This document shows positions 18,410 to 29,328 of a DNA stretch of 32,000 nucleotides, piece by piece. The notes beneath the pieces are model-generated. The model saw nothing but the letters and a program-made list of their open reading frames with translations. It was not told where the DNA came from and made no database searches. The translations under genes were made by a program, and so were the position numbers. The DNA is taken from positions 420,001 to 452,000 of the forward strand of contig NC_010296.1 in the NCBI RefSeq assembly GCF_000010625.1, read 5' to 3'. The stretch's first letter is position 1; each line of letters begins with the position of its first letter. The DNA comes from Microcystis aeruginosa NIES-843 (GTDB lineage: Bacteria; Cyanobacteriota; Cyanobacteriia; Cyanobacteriales; Microcystaceae).

Positions 18410-18904
18410 CTAGAGGAGTAATTTCGGGGCTGTCAACCAGAATAACTCACACTTGCCTAGGGGATTTTCCTGATTGGGAACCTCTAGACCAATTATTCCC
18501 GCTTTTTTGACCGATAATTTTCCTTGAAACTTGCCCCAAACTAGCATTTCCGTCCAATAGCCTAAATCCGGTTCGTGGCCTACCATTGCGATCGCGTTTT
18601 CCTCTCGCTGATAGTCCGACTTTTGCCACCATTGCACCCAATCTTGAATATTGCCGTTGGGAGATAGGGGATTAAATTGCTCAATTTTACGGCTTAAACC
18701 CGCTTTTTGCAAAATTTCGGCGGTTTGCACGGCACGCACCAGGGGAGAAGTGAGAATTAGGTCAAATTTCACCCCCAACTGTCCTAATCTTTGGGCAATT
18801 TTAGCAGTTTTTGCCTTACCTTCCTCGGTTAAAGGACGTTCCCCATCGTTGAGATAATCCCCCGATTGTCCTGCTAATCCATGACGCACAAAATAAAGTT
18901 TCAT
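18410..18904 (-). CDS. sixA: phosphohistidine phosphatase SixA
   Basis: LYFVRHGLA...RPLTEEG...TSPLVRAVQTAEI...VGHEP are the histidine-phosphatase motifs, and the protein is SixA-sized (164 aa). Confidence 0.8.
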   Translation of the reverse strand: MKLYFVRHGLAGQSGDYLNDGERPLTEEGKAKTAKIAQRLGQLGVKFDLILTSPLVRAVQTAEILQKAGLSRKIEQFNPLSPNGNIQDWVQWWQKSDYQREENAIAMVGHEPDLGYWTEMLVWGKFQGKLSVKKAGIIGLEVPNQENPLGKCELFWLTAPKLLL

Positions 18905-18956
18905 ATCAGTGTTAGGTCGGTCTTGGCAATGTTAACAGATAGCTGAGGTCTAATAG

Positions 18957-20180
18957 CTAGGTGCGAATTACCTTTTCATCTGGGTTAACTAGATGGGAAA
19001 GTTTCTGTTTAATTTGGGTGTCATACAGTTCCCACTTAAGTTTTGCGTATTCGGCATTATTATTAAAACCACCGAGGAAACCGATAGGAATTTCAAAACC
19101 TCCGGCCATATAACGACCACCACCAAAAAAGCGACCTTGGTTATCCTGTCCGAAAGCTTCCTTGAGAAATTCATCGGGATCTAGGGTAATTTTACTGGTA
19201 CGCATAGAACCAATGACTAACTCGATATCCTCATCTTCATCGTGAACGATACCGTAAACTAAAGCCGTGTGAACATTTTCTTCTGTCACCAAAAAATCGG
19301 CAGCCTGGGGAATCGCATCTCGGTCATCATAACGCAAATAACCGACCCCGGCGATCGAATAATTATTTTTAATAATACGGTTTTTCAGGGCCCGTTCAAT
19401 CACATCCATCACCCTTCGGGATCTGGCCGATTGCAGGACAGCGTTTAATAATTGAGCATCGTAGAAACGACTGAGATAACCAGCAGCAATAAATTCACAT
19501 TCTTGCGCTTGCATTAAATTATTCGTATCCGATCGCAATCCGTGCATCAAGGCTGTGGCACACTTAACATGGATGGTATCGCTACTATTAAAACTTATTA
19601 ACCCTTTTTGGATATATTGGGTTAACATCGTCGCCGTTGCCCGGATTTGGGGGCGAATATCGACAAATTCTGCGTCTAGATCCCCTTGGCGAGTATGATG
19701 ATCAATCACGACAATAATGGGAATTTTTGCCTGTTTAACCAGAGTGGTTAACTGACTATTGGTTCCCTGACCATCGACAAAAACACAACCGTGATAAACG
19801 GATAGATCTCTATCCTTGAGGGTATGGACTCCCCAACGTTTAGCCGGTAAACCCGTTAGTTTTACCAAAGCGACATTTTCCTGATGGGAGAGAGTACCCG
19901 CATAGACTATATCACAGTGAATATCGTACTGTTCGGCGATAATTTGATAGGCCCAGGCACTAGAAAGAGCATCGGGATCCGGGAAATCCTGCATCACCAC
20001 AATTTGATTTTCGCCGCGGTGATTTTCCAAAGTACGTCGCAGGCGATCGATTAGGGAAATAAGTAGGGTATCATTACTAACCGTGACTGGAGGAAGGGGA
20101 CATACTGCCGACGCTTCCCCTACCACTACATCGGTTTCGAGGGACTTGGCAGGAACTAGACTCAGTAATTCAGCCATCAT
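18957..20180 (-). CDS. DHH-family phosphoesterase (NrnA-like)
   Basis: Carries DFPDPDALSSA, VFVDGQG, VIDHH and a C-terminal FFGGGRYMAGGF, matching the DHH/DHHA1 motif pattern. 407 aa. Confidence 0.7.
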   Translation of the reverse strand: MMAELLSLVPAKSLETDVVVGEASAVCPLPPVTVSNDTLLISLIDRLRRTLENHRGENQIVVMQDFPDPDALSSAWAYQIIAEQYDIHCDIVYAGTLSHQENVALVKLTGLPAKRWGVHTLKDRDLSVYHGCVFVDGQGTNSQLTTLVKQAKIPIIVVIDHHTRQGDLDAEFVDIRPQIRATATMLTQYIQKGLISFNSSDTIHVKCATALMHGLRSDTNNLMQAQECEFIAAGYLSRFYDAQLLNAVLQSARSRRVMDVIERALKNRIIKNNYSIAGVGYLRYDDRDAIPQAADFLVTEENVHTALVYGIVHDEDEDIELVIGSMRTSKITLDPDEFLKEAFGQDNQGRFFGGGRYMAGGFEIPIGFLGGFNNNAEYAKLKWELYDTQIKQKLSHLVNPDEKVIRT

Positions 20181-20398
20181 TTTTAGAAAAGTTCGCTTAA
20201 AGGTAGATTCAGTCAGGATTTTTTGAGTTAATTAATTCTAGACGATATTCTCGCTCGATCGGTTCATCTCAATTATTAAGCTTTTCTCGCCCCTAGCTCC
20301 TTACTCTGGGGCTATAACTCTAGTCTATCAAAAGACCCCTGCCGTTTGTTCTGGGAGAGGAGTTAGGGCAATTAACCATCGCTGCCATTACTTGAGAA

Positions 20399-22471
20399 CC
20401 CACATTCCGCACCCTAAGTGTCACAACGTCTCAAAAGAGGAAGGGGCGTGAGTCAAAATACTTATCTAGAGGAGTGAGTTGGCGGCAAGCTGCCGGCAAC
20501 TAAGCCGAAAATTTCAGAGTTCCCCCGGTCATTCTCAATAAACAGTGCTTGTTGAGAATGACTAGGCAATCAGACTTAACATCTAGGGGGAGATGTTCCA
20601 GTTGCTCGCTTTGTTTTGTCACCCCTTGAAGTCAATCCATCTGGTCAAGATAAGAGATAATATTCCTGGCAAGGTTTGGGGAAAAATCTCAAAATGTTGC
20701 GCCTCTCATCCGTTAAGTTGCTAATCTTTTGATTGTCTTGAATACGGACGAGATGAATCCCTTGAAAGCCCTGAAATATCCAGCGTAACGTCGGTCGGTC
20801 AGTTAACTTACCCAACGGATTTTTCAGTCCCGTCTCCTGCTGTTTTAAACTTAAACGAAGTTGTCTTTGACCAATAGTATAAACCAGCAGGCACAAGCCC
20901 ATGAGCATGGCCATGACCTCGATTCTATGGGGAGATTTGAGAAAGACACTGTGGGCAAAAAAGCAGGGGTCTTTGAGAAAAGAAAATCCTCTTTCCGGAG
21001 CTTGTTGCCCTTTATATTTTTTGAGTATATCCTCACTGCTTAATCGTTGTTTCTCCAAATCGTTAGTTGCTAAAACGAATCGTCCTGCTCGTTTCTTTAG
21101 CCTCTCAATGGCGGTCAAATTCAACTCTAATTCGGCTTGAACTTGATAGCTTTGAGAGGGTAAATCGTCTTTTGATTTGAGTTTTGACCCCTGGGACTCA
21201 GGCGGAATGAGATTGACTTTAATCTCCGTTAACTGATGAGATTTTAAGGAGTCAGATAATCCTTTGGCTATCGCCAACGCCACCGCTCTATTCTCAAATT
21301 CTCTTCGGGATAGTTGCCGGATTTTTTCTTGGGCAGAATTCTTTTCCTGCTCGATTTTTTTCTCTAATTTTTTCAAGTCTGATTCTTGTCTAGCTTGACT
21401 TTCAACTAGCAACCATCTTTGTTCTATCCCCCCATAGTTAGAGCTTGTTTCCCGCCAGGAATAACCCGGTATTTCTGAATCGGTTAACTCTTTTTCTGAG
21501 ATGCTATCGACTAACTCTTGAGCCTCTTTAATGCTTAATGGTACTCGAGACAACCAACGCATTTCTTTCATTAGTTTTAAATTCTCTTTGCTATAGAGGG
21601 CGCTATCGCCGACTATTAAACTGTCAAAGTCAACTTGTTTTTTAAATTCTCGGGCGATTTGACCAAAAACCGCTTTGTCCGCTTCATTTCCGTCCCATAC
21701 TTTCAGGAATAAAGGTACATCTCCATCCCCACTTACGATTAAGTCAATCATAAATTGTTTTAAGTCAGGTCTTCGGTCGCGGGAGTATCCGTAGGTAATT
21801 TTTATTGGCTGTTGTCTGGTTTCAATTTCTTCTCCCACTGCTCCTGATTTCAGGATTTCTACTGTTGGGTATTCCTTTTTATATTCTCCTTCTACTGATA
21901 GAGAAGTCGAATCTAAATGGGAGTTCTCGGTTGCTACACCAAATTTTTTCACGGCGGCTAAACTGATGAGTAGGAAAATGACCGAAACATTAAGTTGATA
22001 AAGTTTGTCCATTACTCGACCAATTTTATCATCATTCAAGTGCTTGGGTTCGATGCCCTCTCCCAGCAGATGTTCGGTTGCTTTATCTTCAAAAAATTGA
22101 GGAAATAAATACAAGGCTCGGGAGACAAATCCCAATCCATTCAGGATAATTGCTTTCACTACTTGCCCCGCTGTGACAATTTCTCCTCGCTCAATTGAGA
22201 CTTGTTCGTTGATAATTTCAACGATTCCTATTTCATCGATAATTCCGGCTACTAATCCCAGATGGTCTAGATTTTTGACTTCAATTTCTGTTGATTGATT
22301 CATGGTCGAACAGCCCACTGCCTAAGTTTTCCAACAATTCCTATTTTTTCATAATTAGGGGTCTCAAGCTCCCCCTAACGGCCACCGAGAAAACCTTCAC
22401 CAGATAAGTATTTTTACTCAAGTCTCTGGCGGGGGACAGCTTATGTGACAGTTGAGGGTGCGGAATGTGGG
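20399..22471 (-). mobile_element. IS1634-like element copy 2 (2073 bp), no matching TSD
   Basis: Same termini as copy 1, but the flanks TGAGAA and CTCCAA differ. The left flank is a truncated MITE-X-like end and the right flank is a truncated transposase gene. Confidence 0.85.
20645..22318 (-). CDS. IS1634-family DDE transposase (most diverged copy)
   Basis: 557 aa with about 4 substitutions relative to copies 1 and 3, for example KVWDGNEAD versus KVGDGNEAD. Confidence 0.75.
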   Translation of the reverse strand: MGCSTMNQSTEIEVKNLDHLGLVAGIIDEIGIVEIINEQVSIERGEIVTAGQVVKAIILNGLGFVSRALYLFPQFFEDKATEHLLGEGIEPKHLNDDKIGRVMDKLYQLNVSVIFLLISLAAVKKFGVATENSHLDSTSLSVEGEYKKEYPTVEILKSGAVGEEIETRQQPIKITYGYSRDRRPDLKQFMIDLIVSGDGDVPLFLKVWDGNEADKAVFGQIAREFKKQVDFDSLIVGDSALYSKENLKLMKEMRWLSRVPLSIKEAQELVDSISEKELTDSEIPGYSWRETSSNYGGIEQRWLLVESQARQESDLKKLEKKIEQEKNSAQEKIRQLSRREFENRAVALAIAKGLSDSLKSHQLTEIKVNLIPPESQGSKLKSKDDLPSQSYQVQAELELNLTAIERLKKRAGRFVLATNDLEKQRLSSEDILKKYKGQQAPERGFSFLKDPCFFAHSVFLKSPHRIEVMAMLMGLCLLVYTIGQRQLRLSLKQQETGLKNPLGKLTDRPTLRWIFQGFQGIHLVRIQDNQKISNLTDERRNILRFFPKPCQEYYLLS

Positions 22472-22751
22472 CTCCAAATAAATAGAATTGTCTAGAAACG
22501 GGGGGAGGAATAGTAGCCGAAACGACTGATAATAAGCTATCAACTGCTTTTTGATAATTGTCATTTGTTGGACTTGGTAAAAACTCTTGAATCCCTTTAT
22601 ATAAACTGTTATAATCTCGACGAAATAAAGGGTTCAAAGATAATTCGGCAACTGTTGAAGCTTGTCGATTCGACGAGAGGGAATCCAGCAATTCCATGAC
22701 CGTCTCGCGTCTCGAACCAAGGGCGTTATAGAGTTGCCTTCTCCACTTCAA
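22472..22751 (-). pseudogene. N-terminal fragment of another DDE transposase, truncated by IS1634-like copy 2
   Basis: MKWRRQLYNALGSRRETVMELLDSLSS...LSLNPLFRRDYNSLYKGI resembles IS4/IS701-type N-termini. The ORF tail beyond 22472 is IS sequence. Confidence 0.5.
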
Positions 22752-22787
22752 AAGTTCTTCGACATCAGGACAAATTTCTAAATTTCT

Positions 22788-23911
22788 GGGAGCATCTCAC
22801 TTATGCAATGAGTATTAATGCTTATAGCCGTCAACAACTAGAAAATCTTCAACTTGATCACAAAGAGAAATGAGATTATAATAGTTATAGCTTACAATTC
22901 AGAATATGGCTCGATAGGAGGAATAATTCAATGTTATCAGAAAATGAAAAAAGAATTAAAGAGTTATGTCAAGAGTTAGGGCAATGTCTCTATGAGCAAT
23001 CCCCAATTAAGAAATTTAATAACTTGGGAGAGATAGAGGAGACAGTCAGAGATTTAATGATTCATTATGTCAACCCAGAAATCGGTATTTTTTTGTCAAA
23101 ACAAGCACAGAAGAAACCGCCGGTCGGACGAGAAAAGTGAAAAGTATTTTGGGGGAATTACCAATTACAGAAAAACAAGCGAAGAAGTTAGAAGTAAAGC
23201 CTCGGACTCAGATGAGTCCAATGTTAGAGAAGAACTGTTTGTTATTAAGTGGCGATGAATCCTACGAGAAATCGGCGCAGAAAATCAAATCATTGACAGG
23301 GATTGCTGTTTCTCACAGTACCCAACAACGCCTCGTGCATCGCTATGCTTTTGAAGAATTACCGTCTAACCCAGAAGTCGAAGTGGAAGAAATGAGCATA
23401 GATGGCGGTAAGGTACGACTAAGAACTGCCAAGGGAAAAGCCTTGATTTGGCGTGATTATAAAGCAGTGAGTTTTCATCAACTGGGGGTAGCGGCCTTTT
23501 TTCAAAATAACTCGGCTTTATTAGATTTGGTTAATTCTCAAGTTTTGGCTGAACCTTTAATTTGTTTAGGAGATGGACATGATGGTATCTGGAATTTATT
23601 TGGTCAGATAGGAGAGAAACAGGAAAGAATTGAAATATTGGATTGGTATCATTTAATCGAAAACCTCTATAAAGTTGGCGGGTCATTCCAGCGGATTGAT
23701 GAGGTAAAATGTTTTCTATGGAAGGGGGAAGTGGATGCTGCTATCTCCTGTTTTGAGGGATGGTCAGAGCCGCAAGTGGAGAATTTTATTATTTATTTGA
23801 ACAAGCATAAACATCGAATTGTCAATTATGGTTATTTGCAGGCAGAGGGCATTTCGATTGGCTCTGGCTCTGTTGAATCAAAAATTAAACAAATTGCTCA
23901 TCGTCTTAAAA
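22788..23911 (+). mobile_element. ISKra4-like element, left part only (truncated or interrupted at 23911)
   Basis: The left end GGGAGCATCTCACTTATGCAATGAG matches the MITE-E terminus. No matching right end was found after 27060. Confidence 0.6.
22931..23911 (+). pseudogene. ISKra4-family transposase, frameshifted and 3'-truncated
   Basis: Two overlapping ORFs (22931-23140 and 23137 onward) differ by a -1 frame. The second frame is already open upstream (..ETAGRTRKVKSILGEL). The sequence DGGKVRLR...LGDGHDGIWN...ILDWYHLIENLYK is ISKra4-like. The ORF is cut by IS1634-like copy 3 at 23912. Confidence 0.6.
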
Positions 23912-24065
23912 CCCACATTCCGCACCCTCAACTGTCACATAAGCTGTCCCCCGCCAGAGACTTGAGTAAAAATACCTAGCTGGTGAAGGTTTTCTCGGTG
24001 GCCGCTAGGGGGGTCTTGAGACCCCTAATTATGAAAAAATAGGAATTGTTGGAAAACTGAGGCGA

Positions 24066-25739
24066 GTGGACTGTTCGACCATGAATCAATCAACAGAAAT
24101 TGAAGTCAAAAATCTAGACCATCTGGGATTAGTAGCCGGAATTATCGATGAAATAGGAATCGTTGAAATTATCAACGAACAAGTCTCAATTGAGCGAGGA
24201 GAAATTGTCACAGCTGGGCAAGTCGTGAAAGCAATTATCCTGAATGGATTGGGATTTGTCTCCCGAGCCTTGTATTTATTTCCTCAATTTTTTGAAGATA
24301 AAGCAACCGAACATCTGCTGGGAGAGGGCATCGAACCAAAACACCTGAATGATGATAAAATTGGTCGAGTAATGGACAAACTTTATCAACTTAATGTTTC
24401 GGTCATTTTCCTACTGATTAGTTTAGCGGCCGTGAAAAAATTTGGTGTAGCAACCGAGAACTCCCATTTAGATTCGACTTCTCTATCAGTAGAAGGAGAA
24501 TATAACAAGGAATACCCAACAGTAGAAATCCTGAAATCAGGAGCAGTGGGAGAAGAAATTGAAACCAGACAACAGCCAATAAAAATTACCTACGGATACT
24601 CCCGCGACCGAAGACCTGACTTAAAACAATTTATGATTGACTTAATCGTAAGTGGGGATGGAGATGTACCTTTATTCCTGAAAGTAGGGGACGGAAATGA
24701 AGCGGACAAAGCGGTTTTTGGTCAAATCGCCCGAGAATTTAAAAAACAAGTTGACTTTGACAGTTTAATAGTCGGCGATAGCGCCCTCTATAGCAAAGAG
24801 AATTTAAAACTAATGAAAGAAATGCGTTGGTTGTCTCGAGTACCATTAAGCATTAAAGAGGCTCAAGAGTTGGTTGATAGCATCTCAGAAAAAGAGTTAA
24901 CCGATTCAGAAATACCGGGTTATTCCTGGCGGGAAACCATCTCTAACTATGGGGGGATAGAACAAAGATGGTTGCTAGTTGAAAGTCAAGCTAGACAAGA
25001 ATCAGACTTGAAAAAATTAGAGAAAAAAATCGAGCAAGAAAAGAATTCTGCCCAAGAAAAAATCCGGCAACTATCCCGAAGAGAATTTGAGAATAGAGCG
25101 GTGGCGTTGGCGATAGCCAAAGGATTATCTGACTCCTTAAAATCTCATCAGTTAACGGAGATTAAAGTCAATCTCATTCCGCCTGAGTCTCAGCAGTCAA
25201 AACTCAAATCAAAAGACGATTTGCCCTCTCAAAGCTATCAAGTTCAAGCCGAATTAGAGTTGAATTTGACCGCCATTGAGAGGCTAAAGAAACGAGCAGG
25301 ACGATTCGTTTTAGCAACTAACGATTTGGAGAAACAACGATTAAGCAGTGAGGATATACTCAAAAAATATAAAGGGCAACAAGCTCCGGAAAGAGGATTT
25401 TCTTTTCTCAAAGACCCCTGCTTTTTTGCCCACAGTGTCTTTCTCAAATCTCCCCATAGAATCGAGGTCATGGCCATGCTCATGGGCTTGTGCCTGCTGG
25501 TTTATACTATTGGTCAAAGACAACTTCGTTTAAGTTTAAAACAGCAGGAGACGGGACTGAAAAATCCGTTGGGTAAGTTAACTGACCGACCGACGTTACG
25601 CTGGATATTTCAGGGCTTTCAAGGGATTCATCTCGTCCGTATTCAAGACAATCAAAAGATTAGCAACTTAACGGATGAGAGGCGCAACATTTTGAGATTT
25701 TTCCCCAAACCTTGCCAGGAATATTATCTCTTATCTTGA
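24066..25739 (+). CDS. IS1634-family DDE transposase
   Basis: 557 aa, one substitution relative to copy 1. Confidence 0.8.
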   Translation: MDCSTMNQSTEIEVKNLDHLGLVAGIIDEIGIVEIINEQVSIERGEIVTAGQVVKAIILNGLGFVSRALYLFPQFFEDKATEHLLGEGIEPKHLNDDKIGRVMDKLYQLNVSVIFLLISLAAVKKFGVATENSHLDSTSLSVEGEYNKEYPTVEILKSGAVGEEIETRQQPIKITYGYSRDRRPDLKQFMIDLIVSGDGDVPLFLKVGDGNEADKAVFGQIAREFKKQVDFDSLIVGDSALYSKENLKLMKEMRWLSRVPLSIKEAQELVDSISEKELTDSEIPGYSWRETISNYGGIEQRWLLVESQARQESDLKKLEKKIEQEKNSAQEKIRQLSRREFENRAVALAIAKGLSDSLKSHQLTEIKVNLIPPESQQSKLKSKDDLPSQSYQVQAELELNLTAIERLKKRAGRFVLATNDLEKQRLSSEDILKKYKGQQAPERGFSFLKDPCFFAHSVFLKSPHRIEVMAMLMGLCLLVYTIGQRQLRLSLKQQETGLKNPLGKLTDRPTLRWIFQGFQGIHLVRIQDNQKISNLTDERRNILRFFPKPCQEYYLLS

Positions 25740-26126
25740 CCAGATGGATTGACTTCAAGGGGTGACAAAACAAAGCGAGCAACTGGAACATCTCCCCCTA
25801 GATGTTAAGTCTGATTGCCTAGTCATTCTCAACAAGCACTGTTTATTGAGAATGACCGGGGGAACTCTGAAATTTTCGGCTTAGTTGCCGGCAGCTTGCC
25901 GCCAACTCACTCCTCTAGATAAGTATTTTGACTCGCGCCCCTTCCTCTTTTGAGACGTTGTGACACTTATACCATTTTTCCTTATTCGTGGCAGGCATCA
26001 TAGTCCCCTCTCCCACCCTGACAGGTGTAGGTTTATTACAAAGAGGTGAGCAGTCACACACTCATGGCGAGAAAATCAAGCTAGAGATTTAGAGGAGCAT
26101 AGCGAAAGACAATGCTAAACAACAAA

Positions 26127-26842
26127 CCCACATTCCGCACCCTAAAGTGTCACATTGAAAATTTTATCTAAATCGTCAAAACGATTGCCGGCTCTGAATT
26201 ACAGGCTAATTTGTTTGCCCAGCAGATGCACAATTGGCGCTAAAAATCTGATAGCTCTGATACCAAATTATTGAGATGGACTCTCATTAAGCTGGCGAGC
26301 GCTGACTAGAGTGTGACACTTCACGATTCTTAGTAATCGCTAAAAGTCTTACTATACCTGGACTTCCCCCGTATAAACATACTAGCTATGGCTAAAAGTC
26401 TTATAGAGCCTGAGTTAAAGCCATATAATACTAATGGACTACTGGACACAAACTCCTGAAGTCCTTACGCTGATAGGGTTTGAGGCAAAAATTTTCAAAT
26501 TTGACCTTTCGACCATTATAGCTTGTTTCCGGGCAGAAAACCATCAAAAACATGGCTACAGAGGGAATCGCTGACTCTAGAGATTAATGACACCATCTGT
26601 TACAATGAGGTTAGCGATCACTATACAGCCAACTCTACGGAATCGCTCTACTCCAGATACAGTCAACGGTACAGCCATTTTCAAGCGAAAAATGTACCCA
26701 GTAGCGGCTTGTCAATTTTTTCTGAGAAGCTCCAGGCAGTAAGGGTTTTGTTGATTTTTTAGTATTTCTGTATGGGGGAAGTCCAGCTATACAAGGGCTA
26801 GAGCAACTGTTGGTTTCAACCGACTAGGGTGCGGAATGTGGG
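26127..26842. mobile_element. non-autonomous derivative of the IS1634-like element (716 bp, no transposase)
   Basis: Shares the 17-bp termini CCCACATTCCGCACCCT / AGGGTGCGGAATGTGGG and about 28 bp of the left subterminal sequence. The flanks AACAAA and TTCTAT do not match. Confidence 0.7.
26358..26786. mobile_element. MITE-F (429 bp) nested in the 716-bp element
   Basis: TIR is CTGGACTTCCCCC / GGGGGAAGTCCAG. The 6-bp TSD CTATAC lies at 26352-26357 and 26787-26792. Confidence 0.65.
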
Positions 26843-27146
26843 TTCTATTACCCTAATTGCTGATTTACTAAAAGGTTTGTCGATTCACCTTCATCGTTGG
26901 AGTTCTTTCCCTCCCACCCCCGTTGACGCTTTTTACTACTCCCCTTCCTCTTACTTGTAAAATACCTACACCTGTCAGGGGGGGGGTTGGGGGGGGGTGA
27001 GGGTAATTAACTATCTCTGCCATTACTTTAGAAAAATGGTATTAGGGTGCGGAATGTGGGTTTAAATGCGCGGGCAGCTTACTATACCAAACCCCTTAAT
27101 TTTCCCTTCAGGCTCGACCATCTACCTAATTCTTGAGTAAAATTTC

Positions 27147-29293
27147 ATGGCCCAACTGGACAACATCGAAGCGATCGAAAAAAAGCTATGGAAAGCGGCC
27201 GATACTCTGCGCGCTAATTCTAACTATGCCAGTAACGAGTATTTTCTGCCCGTTATGGGCTTGATTTTCCTTCGTCATGCCTACAGTCGTTTTCTCAAGG
27301 TTAAGAGGGAGGTAGAGGCGGATTTACCGAAGCGAGGGGGTAAAACACGCTCCTTAACCAAAGAAGATTTCTTGTGCAAAGGAGCGATCTATCTCCAAGA
27401 AAAAGCTCAGTTCGATTTTCTGGTGGCGCTCCCCGATAGCGTCAATCGATCGACCTCCTTAATGGAAGCAATGCTATCGATCGAGGGGGATTATCCACCT
27501 TTAGGGGGTATTTTACCGAAAACGGAATACCAAGAACTAGATAACGTGGTATTAGGGAATTTACTACGGATTTTAAACCCAGAAGAGTTAAAAAAAGCCG
27601 ATGGGGATATTTTCGGGCGAATTTATGAATATTTCCTAACACAATTCGCTAATCTCAAAGCTCACGATAACGGAGAGTTTTTTACTCCCGTTTCTCTAGT
27701 ATCTTTGATCGCCAATGTTTTAGAACCCGATCACGGATTGGTTTTCGATCCTGCCTGTGGTTCGGGGGGAATGTTTGTCCAGAGCGCACATTTCGTTGAG
27801 AGACAGCGCATCAATCCCCAGATGTTAACTTTTAAAGGGTTAGAGAAGAATCCGACCACAATTCGTTTAGCCAAGATGAATCTCGCGGTTCACGGTTTAG
27901 AAGGGGATATCCAAAAAGCGATCACCTACTACGAGGATCCGCTGGCATTGGCCGGGAAAGTGGATTATGTGATGGCCAATCCTCCCTTCAACGTGGACGA
28001 GGTGGATAAGCTTAGACGCATTTAAGTTTCCTACTCGTATCCCTATCTACAAGGCGTTCCAGGATATTAAAGTGCAATGTAAGTGCGTCTAAGCTTAGTA
28101 AGGTAGATGGTGATGAGCGCTTACCCTTCGGATTGCCGGGGGTCAATAAAAGTAACAAAGTTTCCAACGGTAACTATCTATGGATCAGTTACTTCTACAG
28201 CTATCTCAATGATCGAGGAAAAGCCGGTTTTGTCATGTCTTCCCAAGCTTCCAGCGCCGGGAGAGACGAAGGCAAGGTAAGACAGAAGTTAATCGAGACG
28301 GGAACGGTGGACATAATGATCGCGATCCGCTCTAACTTTTTCTATACCCGCTCCGTACCCTGCGAGTTGTGGTTTCTCAATCGAGGGAAACCCGCCGAGC
28401 TTCAAGATAAGATATTAATGATCGATGCCCGCAATATTTACCGGAAAGTAAACCGGACGATCAACGATTTTAGCCCAGAGCAGTTACAGAATATTCTCTC
28501 GATTGTCTGGCTCTATCGGAGTGAATCGAAGCGTTTTATCGATTTGGTTGTCGGTTATTGCCAGAGTATCGATCGAGAGTATCAGGGATCGATCGCTCTT
28601 TTACAAAACTATTGCGAGCATCTGGACAAGTTAACCGAGGCCCTAGAGAAATTTTATAATCTCATCGATGAAAAAGACGGAACATGGTTAGAACTCCGAA
28701 CAGCATCTGAGCTTTTCAAAGATGACATCGATAAATACGCCGGTTTCGCTCCGATTTCCTATAACGCTGATGATTTAGAGACTTTACACGAGGCTGTCCG
28801 CTGTTATCACGAATACGGCGAATTTAGCCGGGATCTGGGCAAACAGGCGGATCTGGTGAATAAGTTATTAGGTCGAGCGATCGAGCGTGCCGAGAAGGAT
28901 CTGGGGGCAAGAGATAGTAAACTGTGGTGGAATTCCCGCGAACTCAACACCTTACGCAAAGAAGCCGATACAAGCCGTCAGAATGCGATCGAACAGCTTA
29001 AATCGCTTCGTGGTTTCTACCGTCACGCTCACTGGCTATTAGAAAGGTTCCCCGATGCCAAGCTGCGGGATGTGGAAGGGTTGGTTAAAGTGGTCGATCG
29101 CGAGGAGTTACAGGCGAATGATTGGAGTTTAACCCCCGGACGCTATGTAGGCGTTTCCCCAGAGGAGGAAGATGAGGATTTCGATTTCGAGGAAACGTTA
29201 CGCGAAATTCATCTGGAGTTAAATGATCTCAACTCCGAGGCGATTCGTTTAGCTGATGAAATTGCGAAGAATTTTGAAGGGTTAGGAATTTAA
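27147..29293 (+). pseudogene. hsdM: Type I restriction-modification methyltransferase subunit HsdM, frameshifted by an 87-bp MITE
   Basis: Has an HsdM N-terminal domain (LWKAADTLR), motif I DPACGSGGMF and motif IV NPPF. ORFs 27147-28025 and 28133-29293 join in frame (NVDEVDSKVDGDERLPFGLPG) when 28009-28095 plus a TA are removed. Confidence 0.85.
28009..28095. mobile_element. MITE-G (87 bp hairpin-type MITE, TA duplication)
   Basis: The 14-bp perfect inverted repeats TAAGCTTAGACGCA / TGCGTCTAAGCTTA include the flanking TA. The net insertion of 89 bp explains the frame change between the two hsdM ORFs. Confidence 0.75.
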
Positions 29294-29328
29294 AAAAGAA
29301 CTTGGGTATATTTCCTTAAAGGAGACCG

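Larger units (their letters stand above)
25970..27041. mobile_element. MITE-X (about 356 bp backbone) carrying a nested 716-bp element
   Basis: Has long imperfect TIRs TACCATTTTTC...CTGACAGGTGTAGG and its reverse complement ending GAAAAATGGTA. The 3-bp TSD TTA lies at 25967-25969 and 27042-27044. Related ends occur at about 385-426 and 20350-20398. Confidence 0.7.
23912..27060 (+). mobile_element. IS1634-like element copy 3, its right terminus split by MITE-X
   Basis: The left terminus is at 23912. The right terminus is split as ...GTGACACTTA (to 25969) and GGGTGCGGAATGTGGG (27045-27060). Confidence 0.85.

Noticed and set aside
18447-19184. Short ORFs overlapping sixA and the DHH gene (18447, 18651, 18989, 18993)
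   Set aside because: They lie in alternative frames or antisense within two well-supported conserved genes.
23067-23258. 63-aa third-frame ORF in the ISKra4-like transposase region
   Set aside because: It overlaps the two frames that carry the recognisable transposase sequence and has no motif support.
26523-26762. 79-aa ORF inside MITE-F / the 716-bp element
   Set aside because: It has a TTG start, no ribosome-binding site and no recognisable motifs, and it lies within a non-autonomous element. It is probably fortuitous.
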